The notes under the pieces: model-generated
Seen by the model: only the letters and a program-made list of their open reading frames with translations
What the model was told of the DNA's origin: nothing
The model's database searches: none
Made by a program: the position numbers and the translations under genes
Part shown: piece after piece, positions 1-8,910 of the stretch
Position numbering within the stretch: position 1 is the first letter of the stretch
How the letters are laid out: the number at the start of each line of letters is the position of its first letter
Source: an uncultured virus (IMG/VR IMGVR_UViG_3300035188_001343)
Taxonomy: Duplodnaviria; Heunggongvirae; Uroviricota; Caudoviricetes
Virus record (IMG/VR): IMGVR_UViG_3300035188_001343
Length of the DNA: 20,000 nt
Reading direction: 5' to 3' (one strand)

Positions 1-2
1 AA

Positions 3-527
3 AAAAGAATACCAATAACTATTGAAAAGATAAATTCATCAACCTTCCAATTAACCAAAATATCTTCTGTTGATATAGCGAAAATTTCTGAAAAATTTTC
101 GTGGTTGCCAGCAAACTACAAATATGACCCAAAATTCAGATTGTTAGGTATCAAGGGTGTCAAAATAAGATTAGTACAGCAAAATGGTATGTTTCCATCG
201 GGTCTATTTAATGATGTAGTAGATTTTATTAAAAATGATTTAAACAAACAAGTAACTATATCGGATGATATAAATGAACATTTTTTATCACTAGTTGATT
301 TTTTTAAAGATGGAATCAGTGATAAAATTTTTTCAGATTTTGAATTTGATGGATCACCTGTTATATTGCGAGATTACCAATTGGGTGCGGTTGAATCGAG
401 TTTTGAAAATAGAAATTGTCTTTTAAACCTTTCAACTGGTGCTGGTAAATGTTTAGGAGGAAATACCAAATTGAAAGTTAAATTACCTACAGAAATTATT
501 GAAAAATATCCACATTTATCCGAATAG
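3..527 (+). CDS. uvsW: UvsW-like SF2 DNA helicase, N-terminal fragment fused to a split-intein N part (5' end runs off window)
   Basis: Frame is open from position 3 (KRIPITIEKIN...), so the TTG at 105 is probably not the start. FSW.PANYKYDPKFR...KIRLV...FPSGL, the Q-motif LRDYQ and LLNLSTGAGK match the T4 UvsW N-terminus. ORF ends 25 aa after the Walker A Lys. Confidence 0.85.
   Translation, partial: KRIPITIEKINSSTFQLTKISSVDIAKISEKFSWLPANYKYDPKFRLLGIKGVKIRLVQQNGMFPSGLFNDVVDFIKNDLNKQVTISDDINEHFLSLVDFFKDGISDKIFSDFEFDGSPVILRDYQLGAVESSFENRNCLLNLSTGAGKCLGGNTKLKVKLPTEIIEKYPHLSE
450..524 (+). mobile_element. Split intein N-fragment (IntN), 25 aa: CLGGNTKLKVKLPTEIIEKYPHLSE
   Basis: Cys replaces the expected Ser/Thr after GK of the P-loop, a classic intein insertion site. 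CLxxNTxL matches intein block A. A stop codon follows. Confidence 0.8.
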
Positions 528-536
528 GTATTATTT

Positions 537-824
537 ATGTTACTATGGGCAGTGAACACCAAAAAATCAAAAGTCGAATATAAAGGGATTATTGTGGACG
601 ACAACAATATCAATCAATTGACGGTAGAAATATTCAATATATTTTACCGAACATATCGAGAGATGAATCAAAAGGTTTTACAGATTGAAAGAAACATGGT
701 CAATGAACCTCCTTACAAAGAACTATTAAATTTGATAAACCCAAATTTGAAATTTGATACTGATTTAGAATATTTTGTTACCCTCACAAACATATTTTCT
801 TTAACCCCACAAAACATGGAATGA
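537..824 (+). CDS. Hypothetical protein
   Basis: 95-aa ORF, AGGT RBS-like sequence upstream, overlaps the next ORF; no recognised motif. Confidence 0.6.
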   Translation: MLLWAVNTKKSKVEYKGIIVDDNNINQLTVEIFNIFYRTYREMNQKVLQIERNMVNEPPYKELLNLINPNLKFDTDLEYFVTLTNIFSLTPQNME

Positions 825-1039
825 TTATGTTCGAATATGTAAAATTTAATTGTCATGTGATGGCAAAAAATGATGTAAATGGAAAAACTCCAGAAAAAGT
901 ATTCAGTGATTATTTAGCAAATCGTGTAAATGAATGTGATTACATATTTGATGGTGTGGAATGTGTAGTGATGTCCGTCAAATACGATATGACAAAAACG
1001 TGCATGATAACAAAAATTTTACGAAAAAGTGACTTGTGA
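821..1039 (+). CDS. Hypothetical protein
   Basis: 72-aa ORF with ATGA overlap to the previous gene; no recognised motif. Confidence 0.55.
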   Translation: MIMFEYVKFNCHVMAKNDVNGKTPEKVFSDYLANRVNECDYIFDGVECVVMSVKYDMTKTCMITKILRKSDL

Positions 1040-1059
1040 AATTGGTAACTACTTAAATC

Positions 1060-1072
1060 TTTAGTATAATAT
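1060..1072 (+). promoter_or_regulatory. Sigma70-type -10 promoter element upstream of hen1-pnkp
   Basis: TTTAGTATAATAT in the intergenic gap; core TAGTATAATAT recurs upstream of the NAD operon. Confidence 0.6.
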
Positions 1073-1104
1073 AGAAATATTTACATTTATGAGAAATTTA
1101 TACT

Positions 1105-2376
1105 ATGGCTATCATTCAAGTAGTTACACAGGATCCAAACTTTGGCTTCATTATTCATAAAAATCCTGCTAGTGGAATGCAATTAAGAAGCATTAGACAG
1201 GGTACCTCTTTTGGATGGTATTCTAAAAATAATACTGTATACAACATTCTATTTAAAGACGCTGACAACGCTGTTAGTTTTGGCGATCAAGAATTTGAAT
1301 ATTTAAATACAAGCAGATATAATTCACCAGTATTTGTATTAAATGCAATAAGTGAATATTTCAACTCTACGGTAAAATCACAAAGCGAAATTGATGTCGA
1401 TGGGTTTGAAAAATCATTTTTAATTAACGCAATAGATTTAAAATCACTGTTTCAACTGTCACAATTTGAAAAATATTTTCCTGATTTTGAAATTGAGTAT
1501 GATTTATACACTGCAAAATCATTTAAATTGAAAATATCAACCAAAAAAAGTTTTCACATGTTATTCAACTATGTTAACTTATTAATGTTGTTCATAGTAT
1601 TGACTAAAGATGATGAATTTCTACAGTTAAATGATGATTCCATTGAAAAATACTTAAGTTCGATTGAACGTTTAAATGCCCCATTTTTCATAAGATATTT
1701 ATTTAGTCGAAATATGTTGCGAAATAAAAACCAATTCGAAAAATATAAACCTCGGTTAGAAAACACAACCTTATATGAATCAACTAAAATGCAATATGGT
1801 GATACGGCAACACAAAGATTTCGTGCCATCAAACAATTAGTATCATTCGATAAACCAATTTTGGATATTGGTTGTGGTGAAGGTTTTTATGCAATCCCAT
1901 TTTCAATGTTGTTAAATGATGAAATTAACTATTATGCGATTGATATTGATGAAAAATTAATCCAAACAGTTAGAAAAAAAGCAGATAAAAAGAACATTAT
2001 AAACTTAAAGGTTTATAACCACATTGATTTATTTTTAAAGAACTATGATGGGGATGTAGTTGATATTATTCTCACTGAAGTAATTGAGCATATGCCAATT
2101 TATGAAAGTAAAGAATTGATTAAAAAAATTATCAACACTGTCAATTTTAACAAATTAATCATTACTGTCCCAAACAAAGAATTTAACGAATTTTATATGA
2201 TTGGTGATGATGAATTTAGACATTACGATCACAAATGGGAACCGACTTACGACGAATTTAAAAATTTAGTTTTGACAGAAATTGATAGTCAATTTAAAAC
2301 TGATTTTATTAAAATTGGTGATACTGTAAATGATATTTCCACGAGTATCGGGTGTTTAATTACTAAATCCGTTTAA
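1105..2376 (+). CDS. hen1: Hen1-type 3'-terminal RNA ribose 2'-O-methyltransferase
   Basis: N-terminal FGFIIHKNP (Hen1 ligase-activating domain motif), SAM motif ILDIGCGEG, EVIEH and FRHYDHKWE metal-binding motifs; directly upstream of pnkp. Confidence 0.88.
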   Translation: MAIIQVVTQDPNFGFIIHKNPASGMQLRSIRQGTSFGWYSKNNTVYNILFKDADNAVSFGDQEFEYLNTSRYNSPVFVLNAISEYFNSTVKSQSEIDVDGFEKSFLINAIDLKSLFQLSQFEKYFPDFEIEYDLYTAKSFKLKISTKKSFHMLFNYVNLLMLFIVLTKDDEFLQLNDDSIEKYLSSIERLNAPFFIRYLFSRNMLRNKNQFEKYKPRLENTTLYESTKMQYGDTATQRFRAIKQLVSFDKPILDIGCGEGFYAIPFSMLLNDEINYYAIDIDEKLIQTVRKKADKKNIINLKVYNHIDLFLKNYDGDVVDIILTEVIEHMPIYESKELIKKIINTVNFNKLIITVPNKEFNEFYMIGDDEFRHYDHKWEPTYDEFKNLVLTEIDSQFKTDFIKIGDTVNDISTSIGCLITKSV

Positions 2377-2412
2377 TCAATATAGTTTACCAATCAATAC
2401 GAGGATGAAATA

Positions 2413-5088
2413 ATGAATATTATTAAAACACAGTTGCATACTATCATCATGTTAGTTGGACCAACTAATAGTGGGAAAACTACTTTTGCGAAAAATGTTT
2501 TGATTCCACAATTACATAACGCATTTGATGTTGGAAACAATTTCAAACCGAATATCCAATACATCAGTTCAGATGATATTCGCAGACAATTATTAGGTGA
2601 CATCAATATTGATAAATACAACAATATAATGACCGAAGTAAGTGAACAAGCTTTCGAATTACTGTTCACCCAACTAAATGTGTTTACAACATATCCGGTT
2701 AACGCACATTTTGTTGTTGTAGATACTACTGGATTAAGTGAGGAATTTAGAAATAAAGTAATCGACATTTCAACAAAAAATAATTATTTTATTGATGTGA
2801 TTACATTTGACTATAAAAATGTATCCGAATACAAAAAACAGTTTGTGGTTACTGGAAAAGATAGCGGTTCCACAGATGGGCGTTTAATCTCGAAACATTT
2901 GACACGGCTGCATAACGAAGTATTGAAAACCATCAAACGTGAAAAATACAAAAACATCACTCGAATCAAAGATAAAGGATTTTTACAAGAAATTTTAAAC
3001 GATGATGGAACAGTTTCATTAGAACCAACTATCAAAATTGAAGTAAAAAATGTAGAGAAATATTCCAAAAATGTTTTATCAAACGCATATGATTGGATGG
3101 TTATCGGTGATGTGCATGGTTGTATTGATGAATTACATCAACTATTAGTAAAAATAGGATTCGGTGTTATTGACAATGAATTGTTTGACACTGAAAAATC
3201 TAAAAATAAAGGTTTGATTTTTGTCGGTGATTTAGTTGATAAATCAAATGATGACGATTTAGAAAAAACCATCAGATTTATCCATAATAGTATGGACAAA
3301 TTTTCAGACAGATTTCATATGATTTTAGGAAATCATGAAGACATGGTTTACAAATGGATAACCGATGATAACTCAATAGAAAAAACGGCAGAACGATACA
3401 GACAGAAAGAAATTTACTACAACACAACATTCTTATTAGAAAAAAATGAGGAATTGAAACAACTGTTTTTTAACATTTTTTCAAAAATGAAACCATGGGT
3501 AAAAGTAAATGGAACAAAAAACAAAAGTTTTATTGTTACTCATGCACCATGCGAAACAAAATATTTAGAAAAAATGGATAAAATTTCTACAACTAAACAT
3601 TTTAAATGTTTGAGTAGATCAAAAAACAAGAATTTAACTAATGATGAGTTAACACCTTATCTTATGTTAGAAGCAGTTAATAACCACCCAACACATATTT
3701 TTGGTCATTTAGGTCAAAATAATGTGAGAACATTCAAAAACAAAGTATGTATTGATACGGGATGTGTTTATGGAAATGAATTAACTGGGTACTCAGTAAC
3801 GAACAACAAACCATACATTGTATCGGTAGGTTCGATGAAAAAACGCCCAGCATCAAACGATTTTGATAACAATCTATTCTCAGTTGTATCCAAATTTGAA
3901 AATGTTAACATTAATAGTCTCGATGAATTCAATCAGAAACGATTAAATTATATCGTTTCTAATGGTGTTGGTTATATCAGTGGTACAATTTCCCCAGCAG
4001 ATAAAGATGTTGAAACTAAAAATTTGGAATCTTTGAAATCTGGATTAAACTACTATAAAGGTAAATATGACTCTTTAATTTTAGAGCCAAAATATATGGG
4101 TTCACGGGCACATATCTACTTGAACCGAAACATTGAAAAATGTTATAGCACATCTCGAAACGGATTCAAAATAAACCGAGATTTAGGCAATTTTTATTCA
4201 GATTTGTTGAATGAATATACTCCTCTCATGGATGAATTTAATGCTGATGAAATGGTTTTAGATGGTGAATTAATGCCATGGGCTGCAATGGGTACGGGTT
4301 TGATTGATAACCAATTCAAAGTTATCGATTTGGTTTTAAAATCGGAGTTAGATTTTTTAAAAGAGAATGATTTTGATGTGGCATTCCAAAATTTAGTAGA
4401 TGTTTGGCAGGACAGCAATTTTGAAAATATCAAAAATACCATGTCAAAAAAGGATTTGAGTGAAAAGTTCAAACACAACTATGAAAATTTTAAAAATGTA
4501 AAAATAGAAGTGGATAGATTTCAGCCGATTGAAACACATTTAGACGCCTGGAGTATTTACAATTCTCAGGTGGAATTATATGGTGCTGAAGGTGCGGTAC
4601 ATTTTAAACCATTTAGAATTTTAAAACTGAAAGATAAAAATGGTATGGATATTGATATTGGTTTAGATACAGTCCAACAGTTTACCAAAATTAACAATGA
4701 TGATTTTCACATTGTCGATTTTACTAATGAAAATTACCAAGAATTAGCTGACAAATGGTATGAGAATTTAACAAAAAATAACAAAATGGAAGGATGTGTC
4801 ATCAAACCATCCACTTTAACGTTATTAAACAATGTTGCACCTTATTTAAAAGTGCGAAATCCAAAATACTTGACAATTATCTATGGTTATGATATGTACT
4901 TTCCAAAGAAATTTGAAAAATTATTTAACCAAAAAAATATAAACCGAAAAATCAAAGCATCAATTAGAGATTATAAATTCGGTGAACAAATGTTAAGTGT
5001 TGATATTTCATCTCCAGAATTTAAACAAATTGTTGCGAATTTTATGTTTGAAAGTGAAAAAGATCGAGATATTGATCCAAGATTATAA
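2413..5088 (+). CDS. pnkp: Bacterial-type Pnkp: polynucleotide kinase / metallophosphoesterase / RNA ligase
   Basis: P-loop GPTNSGKTT and SSDDIR (kinase); GDVHG, GDLVD, GNHE, FGH, IDTGCVYG (phosphoesterase); KYMGSR, LDGELMPW, MEGCVIKP, LKVR and terminal DPRL (ligase). Confidence 0.93.
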   Translation: MNIIKTQLHTIIMLVGPTNSGKTTFAKNVLIPQLHNAFDVGNNFKPNIQYISSDDIRRQLLGDINIDKYNNIMTEVSEQAFELLFTQLNVFTTYPVNAHFVVVDTTGLSEEFRNKVIDISTKNNYFIDVITFDYKNVSEYKKQFVVTGKDSGSTDGRLISKHLTRLHNEVLKTIKREKYKNITRIKDKGFLQEILNDDGTVSLEPTIKIEVKNVEKYSKNVLSNAYDWMVIGDVHGCIDELHQLLVKIGFGVIDNELFDTEKSKNKGLIFVGDLVDKSNDDDLEKTIRFIHNSMDKFSDRFHMILGNHEDMVYKWITDDNSIEKTAERYRQKEIYYNTTFLLEKNEELKQLFFNIFSKMKPWVKVNGTKNKSFIVTHAPCETKYLEKMDKISTTKHFKCLSRSKNKNLTNDELTPYLMLEAVNNHPTHIFGHLGQNNVRTFKNKVCIDTGCVYGNELTGYSVTNNKPYIVSVGSMKKRPASNDFDNNLFSVVSKFENVNINSLDEFNQKRLNYIVSNGVGYISGTISPADKDVETKNLESLKSGLNYYKGKYDSLILEPKYMGSRAHIYLNRNIEKCYSTSRNGFKINRDLGNFYSDLLNEYTPLMDEFNADEMVLDGELMPWAAMGTGLIDNQFKVIDLVLKSELDFLKENDFDVAFQNLVDVWQDSNFENIKNTMSKKDLSEKFKHNYENFKNVKIEVDRFQPIETHLDAWSIYNSQVELYGAEGAVHFKPFRILKLKDKNGMDIDIGLDTVQQFTKINNDDFHIVDFTNENYQELADKWYENLTKNNKMEGCVIKPSTLTLLNNVAPYLKVRNPKYLTIIYGYDMYFPKKFEKLFNQKNINRKIKASIRDYKFGEQMLSVDISSPEFKQIVANFMFESEKDRDIDPRL

Positions 5089-5094
5089 AAACTT

Positions 5095-5118
5095 AAAAGT
5101 GGGGAAACCCACTTTTTT
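5095..5118 (+). terminator. Rho-independent terminator after pnkp
   Basis: AAAAGTGGG-GAAA-CCCACTTTT hairpin with GNRA loop and T-run. Confidence 0.85.
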
Positions 5119-5127
5119 AATGCATTT

Positions 5128-5140
5128 TATAGTATAATAT
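5128..5140 (+). promoter_or_regulatory. Sigma70-type -10 promoter element for the NAD/Nudix/Thg1 operon
   Basis: TATAGTATAATAT about 30 nt upstream of the ATG at 5170. Confidence 0.6.
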
Positions 5141-5169
5141 AATATATATTTCCATATAGAGATTATCAG

Positions 5170-5793
5170 ATGAAACAATTCAATACATTAGTGTATATTG
5201 GTAGATTCCAACCATTCCACAAAGCACATTTAGAAACTATAAAAATTGCCAGCAAACAATGCAAGAATCTAATTATTATTGTAGGTTCAAACAGTGCACA
5301 TAGAACGTTGAGAAACCCATTTACATCAGATGAAAGAATCGAAATGATAAAGGGGACAATCGATGAATTTAACGAACATTGTAAAGATGACGAATCAATA
5401 AACGTCAATTTACTATATGAAACAGTGGTAGATTGTCCAGAAGATGATTCAATATGGTGTGGTAGAGTTAAAAGAGCAGTAGAAAAAGATTCATTAAATT
5501 CGGAAAATGTTGGCATTATTGGTCATGTTAAGGATGATAGTTCCTTTTACTTAAAATTGTTTCCAGAATGGGAACATGTAAATGTAGATAAAATATATGA
5601 CATTGATGCTTCAAGTATCCGAAATAGTTTATTTACCGAAAACATGAATTCACAATTGGATGATTATTTACAACATATCTCTGTGTTTACCCATGAATTT
5701 TTAAAAAGATTCACATCATCATCACATTATGAAAAATTAAATAATGAGTTTACATTATTGTTTTCAAATGAAAACTTAAAAAACAAACTATAA
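5170..5793 (+). CDS. nadM: Nicotinamide-nucleotide adenylyltransferase (NadM-type NMNAT domain, no fused Nudix)
   Basis: IGRFQPFHKAH (HxxH motif), GS...RNPFT..ER..MI, GH.KD.SS.YL..FP.W and ASSIR, typical of the NadM-Nudix N-domain. Confidence 0.88.
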   Translation: MKQFNTLVYIGRFQPFHKAHLETIKIASKQCKNLIIIVGSNSAHRTLRNPFTSDERIEMIKGTIDEFNEHCKDDESINVNLLYETVVDCPEDDSIWCGRVKRAVEKDSLNSENVGIIGHVKDDSSFYLKLFPEWEHVNVDKIYDIDASSIRNSLFTENMNSQLDDYLQHISVFTHEFLKRFTSSSHYEKLNNEFTLLFSNENLKNKL

Positions 5794-5813
5794 ACCAATC
5801 AGGATAATAGATT

Positions 5814-7106
5814 ATGTCAAATTTGATTTTAAACACCGATAGTTACAAAACGTCACACTTTTCCTTATACCCAAACAATTGTACAGGTCAATTTTCTTAT
5901 ATTGAGGCAAGAACCCCAAATAAAAAAATTGTACCGTTTGGCATCACCTTATTCATTAAAAAATATCTGTTAAACAAAATAACATTGGATGATGTTTTTG
6001 AAGCGGAAGAACTTTTAAAAAATCATGGTTTGCCTTTTAACAAAGATGGTTGGTTGAAAATTATTAACGAATATGATGGTTATTTACCACTATCAATCAA
6101 GGCGATTCCTGAAGGATCATTAGTTAATTCACTCGAACCTATTGTTACGATTGAATCTACAGATGAAGATTTATTTTGGTTGCCATCATATATTGAAACT
6201 GTGTTACAACGTGCAATATGGTTTCCAACGACAATTGCCAGTAATGATTATCAAAATTACCAAGTATTGAAAAAATACTATGAAGAAACATCAGACCACC
6301 AAGAATTACTACAGTTTGCATTACACGATTTTTCTGCAAGAGGGGTTTCATCCGAAGAAACATCAGAAATTGGTTCATTAGCCCATTTGTTATATTTTAG
6401 AGGTACTGACGCATTATCTGGGATTCTTGCAGGTAGAAAATATTACAACTGTGATATGGCTGGGTTCAGTATTCCTGCAACCGAACATTCGGTGCAATGT
6501 GCTTATGGTAATGAAAATCAAACCACCTATATTGAAGCGTGTTTAAATAATCACAACATGATTAGTATTGTCTTAGATGGTTATGATATTTTCAGAGAAA
6601 CATACACTCTATCTGAATTTAAAGACACTATTGTTGGTAATAACAAGACAGTGGTTTTGCGTCCAGATTCAGGCGATCCGTTTGTAGTATTACCACAACT
6701 GTTTACCACATTAGAAGAAAAATTTGGATATACACTAAATTCAAAAGGTTACAAAGTTTTAAACAACGTGAAAATTATTCAAGGTGATGGTATTGATTCG
6801 GATATGATTGTTAAACTGTGTGAAATGGTTAAACAATTAGGATTTTCGGCAGAAATGTTAGTTTATGGTTCTGGTGGTGGTTTAATTCAAAAAGTTAATC
6901 GGGACACATACAGTTTTGCTCAAAAAACATCTGCTATGAAAATCAATGGATTGTGGGTTGATACTGTTAAAAATCCTATTACTGATTCTGGTAAAAAATC
7001 TAAAGGTGGTTTACTTCATGACGATAGAATGATAGAGTATTATAACAATGGTAAACTACTAATAAATGAAACTCTTGATACTATCAGAAATAGATTAAGT
7101 CACTAA
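5814..7106 (+). CDS. nadV: Nicotinamide phosphoribosyltransferase (Nampt/NadV)
   Basis: TDSYKTSH, YIEAR, LHDFSARG, SIPATEHS, RPDSGDP, IQGDG, GSGGGLIQKVNRDT and KNPITD.GKKSK motifs. Confidence 0.93.
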   Translation: MSNLILNTDSYKTSHFSLYPNNCTGQFSYIEARTPNKKIVPFGITLFIKKYLLNKITLDDVFEAEELLKNHGLPFNKDGWLKIINEYDGYLPLSIKAIPEGSLVNSLEPIVTIESTDEDLFWLPSYIETVLQRAIWFPTTIASNDYQNYQVLKKYYEETSDHQELLQFALHDFSARGVSSEETSEIGSLAHLLYFRGTDALSGILAGRKYYNCDMAGFSIPATEHSVQCAYGNENQTTYIEACLNNHNMISIVLDGYDIFRETYTLSEFKDTIVGNNKTVVLRPDSGDPFVVLPQLFTTLEEKFGYTLNSKGYKVLNNVKIIQGDGIDSDMIVKLCEMVKQLGFSAEMLVYGSGGGLIQKVNRDTYSFAQKTSAMKINGLWVDTVKNPITDSGKKSKGGLLHDDRMIEYYNNGKLLINETLDTIRNRLSH

Positions 7107-7135
7107 ATTACAAACCAATTAAAAAAGGATAACCT

Positions 7136-7693
7136 ATGGATAAAGTAATATTTGAAACACCTAGTGAATTTTTAAAAATAAAATCCGCTGAAACAACTCC
7201 TTATTTTTATGTGGAACGAAAAGGTATAGATAGCGTTGCATTTATTTTATTTGATGAAAATAGAGATGAATATTTTGGTGTTACTAATGAACGCAAACCA
7301 CCAATGGATGAAAGATTTGGAGAATTAGCATTCATCGAAACTGCATTTGGTGGCAGCAACGACATTATCGATTACAGTGTGTATTCAGCAATGAATGAAA
7401 ATGAAATTGTCGAGAATATGCGAGAAATTGTTAAAATTGAGGCAAAAGAAGAAGCAGGTTACACTGTTGATTCTAAACATATTCAATTTATTTCAAAAGA
7501 ATTTGTATCTACCCAAATGAATCAATGGGTATATTTGTTTTTAGTGGATGTTTCTGGACTTTCTCAAGGAAAAACAGAGCCTCAAAATGCTACAGAAGCA
7601 ATGGCAACCGTAGTATGGAAAAATACAAAACAAGTGCAAAAAATGTCAGATTGGAAAACAAAAACTATCGTTTTTAATGTTTTGGCGGTATAA
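7136..7693 (+). CDS. Nudix hydrolase (possibly ADP-ribose pyrophosphatase)
   Basis: DSVAFIL...E.KPP...FGGS...EAKEEAGY, a Nudix box with an expanded spacer; AAGGA RBS. Confidence 0.72.
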   Translation: MDKVIFETPSEFLKIKSAETTPYFYVERKGIDSVAFILFDENRDEYFGVTNERKPPMDERFGELAFIETAFGGSNDIIDYSVYSAMNENEIVENMREIVKIEAKEEAGYTVDSKHIQFISKEFVSTQMNQWVYLFLVDVSGLSQGKTEPQNATEAMATVVWKNTKQVQKMSDWKTKTIVFNVLAV

Positions 7694-7721
7694 CCGATTC
7701 TACAAAAAAGGTAAATTATAA

Positions 7722-8546
7722 ATGAAGCAAAAACATGACAGTTTAGGTATCTTAATAAAATCATTCGAAAAATCCTATGAAAATAGAATTGACCATGATA
7801 AGTTTTTAATTGTTAGGATTGATGGTCATAAGTTTTCAAAATTTACAAAGAAATTTAAAAAACCATATGACCCATTATTATCACAATCAATGGAAAATAC
7901 TACCAAAGATTTAATTGACCATTTTGGTGCTTCTATAGGCTATACTCAATCCGATGAAATAACACTCGTTTTTCCACCTGTTTTCGACATTAAAAATGGT
8001 ATCGTTACCAACAATCAAATATTTAGCGGTAGAACACAAAAAATCGCATCGTTGATTGCATCTTTTACATCCATAAGATTCAACTATTGGATGCAACAAC
8101 TTTTTAATGATGTTTATATTCACGATGAATTTTATAAAGAATCAGTTACTAATCAGTTAGGTAATGCATGGTTTGATGCTAGAATTTTTGGTCTTTCTAC
8201 TAAAGAAGATGCCTGTAAAGTAGTATTATGGCGGTGGAGGGACGCACTTAAAAATAGCTGTAGTATGTTTTCTCAAACTTTTTGTTCACATAAAGCACTG
8301 TTAAATAAAACCGGGGTTGAACAAATAAAATATTGTTTTGAAAAAACTGGCAACGATTGGAACTTATCCCCAGATAGATTCAAATATGGAATTTTTGTAA
8401 AAAAAGAAAAATATGTTAAAAAAATTACAGAAAATATCTATACCGATTGTGACGAAATAATTAGAACGAGAATAACCACATTTACAAAAAACACTTTTTT
8501 AATGTCTGATGAAAATATTGAATTGGTGATAAGTAAATCTATTTAA
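7722..8546 (+). CDS. tRNA(His) guanylyltransferase Thg1-like protein (3'-5' nucleotide addition)
   Basis: VRIDGHKFSKFT, KPYD, YTQSDEITL, GRTQK..S, FDAR and WR.RDA.KNS motifs of the Thg1/TLP family. Confidence 0.9.
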   Translation: MKQKHDSLGILIKSFEKSYENRIDHDKFLIVRIDGHKFSKFTKKFKKPYDPLLSQSMENTTKDLIDHFGASIGYTQSDEITLVFPPVFDIKNGIVTNNQIFSGRTQKIASLIASFTSIRFNYWMQQLFNDVYIHDEFYKESVTNQLGNAWFDARIFGLSTKEDACKVVLWRWRDALKNSCSMFSQTFCSHKALLNKTGVEQIKYCFEKTGNDWNLSPDRFKYGIFVKKEKYVKKITENIYTDCDEIIRTRITTFTKNTFLMSDENIELVISKSI

Positions 8547-8578
8547 ATTTTTTAATTTATGAAAGTAAAAATTAAAAA

Positions 8579-8586
8579 TATAAATA
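8579..8586 (+). promoter_or_regulatory. T4-like late promoter candidate TATAAATA
   Basis: Exact T4 late consensus in an intergenic gap about 30 nt before the probable ATG at 8618; the AT-rich background limits specificity. Confidence 0.45.
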
Positions 8587-8617
8587 AATGAAAACATTAA
8601 CAATGGAGATTAAAAAA

Positions 8618-8875
8618 ATGAATCTAAATTTCAATACTATTAAAGAAGTAGAAGATAAATTAAAAACTGTAACAGATATTAAAGTATTGCATGGTGATAT
8701 TACTTTTAAAAGTCAAGGTGAAATACATACATGTAAATTTATTGGTTCTGGTTCTGCCGCTGGTAGTAAAGAACTTGTATGGTTAGCGGATATTGGTGCA
8801 AGTCAAGTTAGAATTGTTTATACTGGTGAAAATCATAATATCACCGTTACCGAAGTAAAAGTAACCAAGCGTTAA
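8618..8875 (+). CDS. Hypothetical protein
   Basis: ORF 8588..8875; GGAG at 8605-8608 favours the ATG at 8618 (MNLNFNTIK...). Confidence 0.65.
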   Translation: MNLNFNTIKEVEDKLKTVTDIKVLHGDITFKSQGEIHTCKFIGSGSAAGSKELVWLADIGASQVRIVYTGENHNITVTEVKVTKR

Positions 8876-8910
8876 TTCTTTAAACTACCCATTTACAAGA
8901 GGCATTAATA

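Noticed and set aside
525..824. TAG recoding/readthrough fusing UvsW-IntN to the in-frame ORF at 537
   Set aside because: The frames do match, but long conserved genes here contain no in-frame TAG, the 537 ORF has its own RBS-like AGGT, and the fused sequence shows no intein block B/F/G or helicase motifs.
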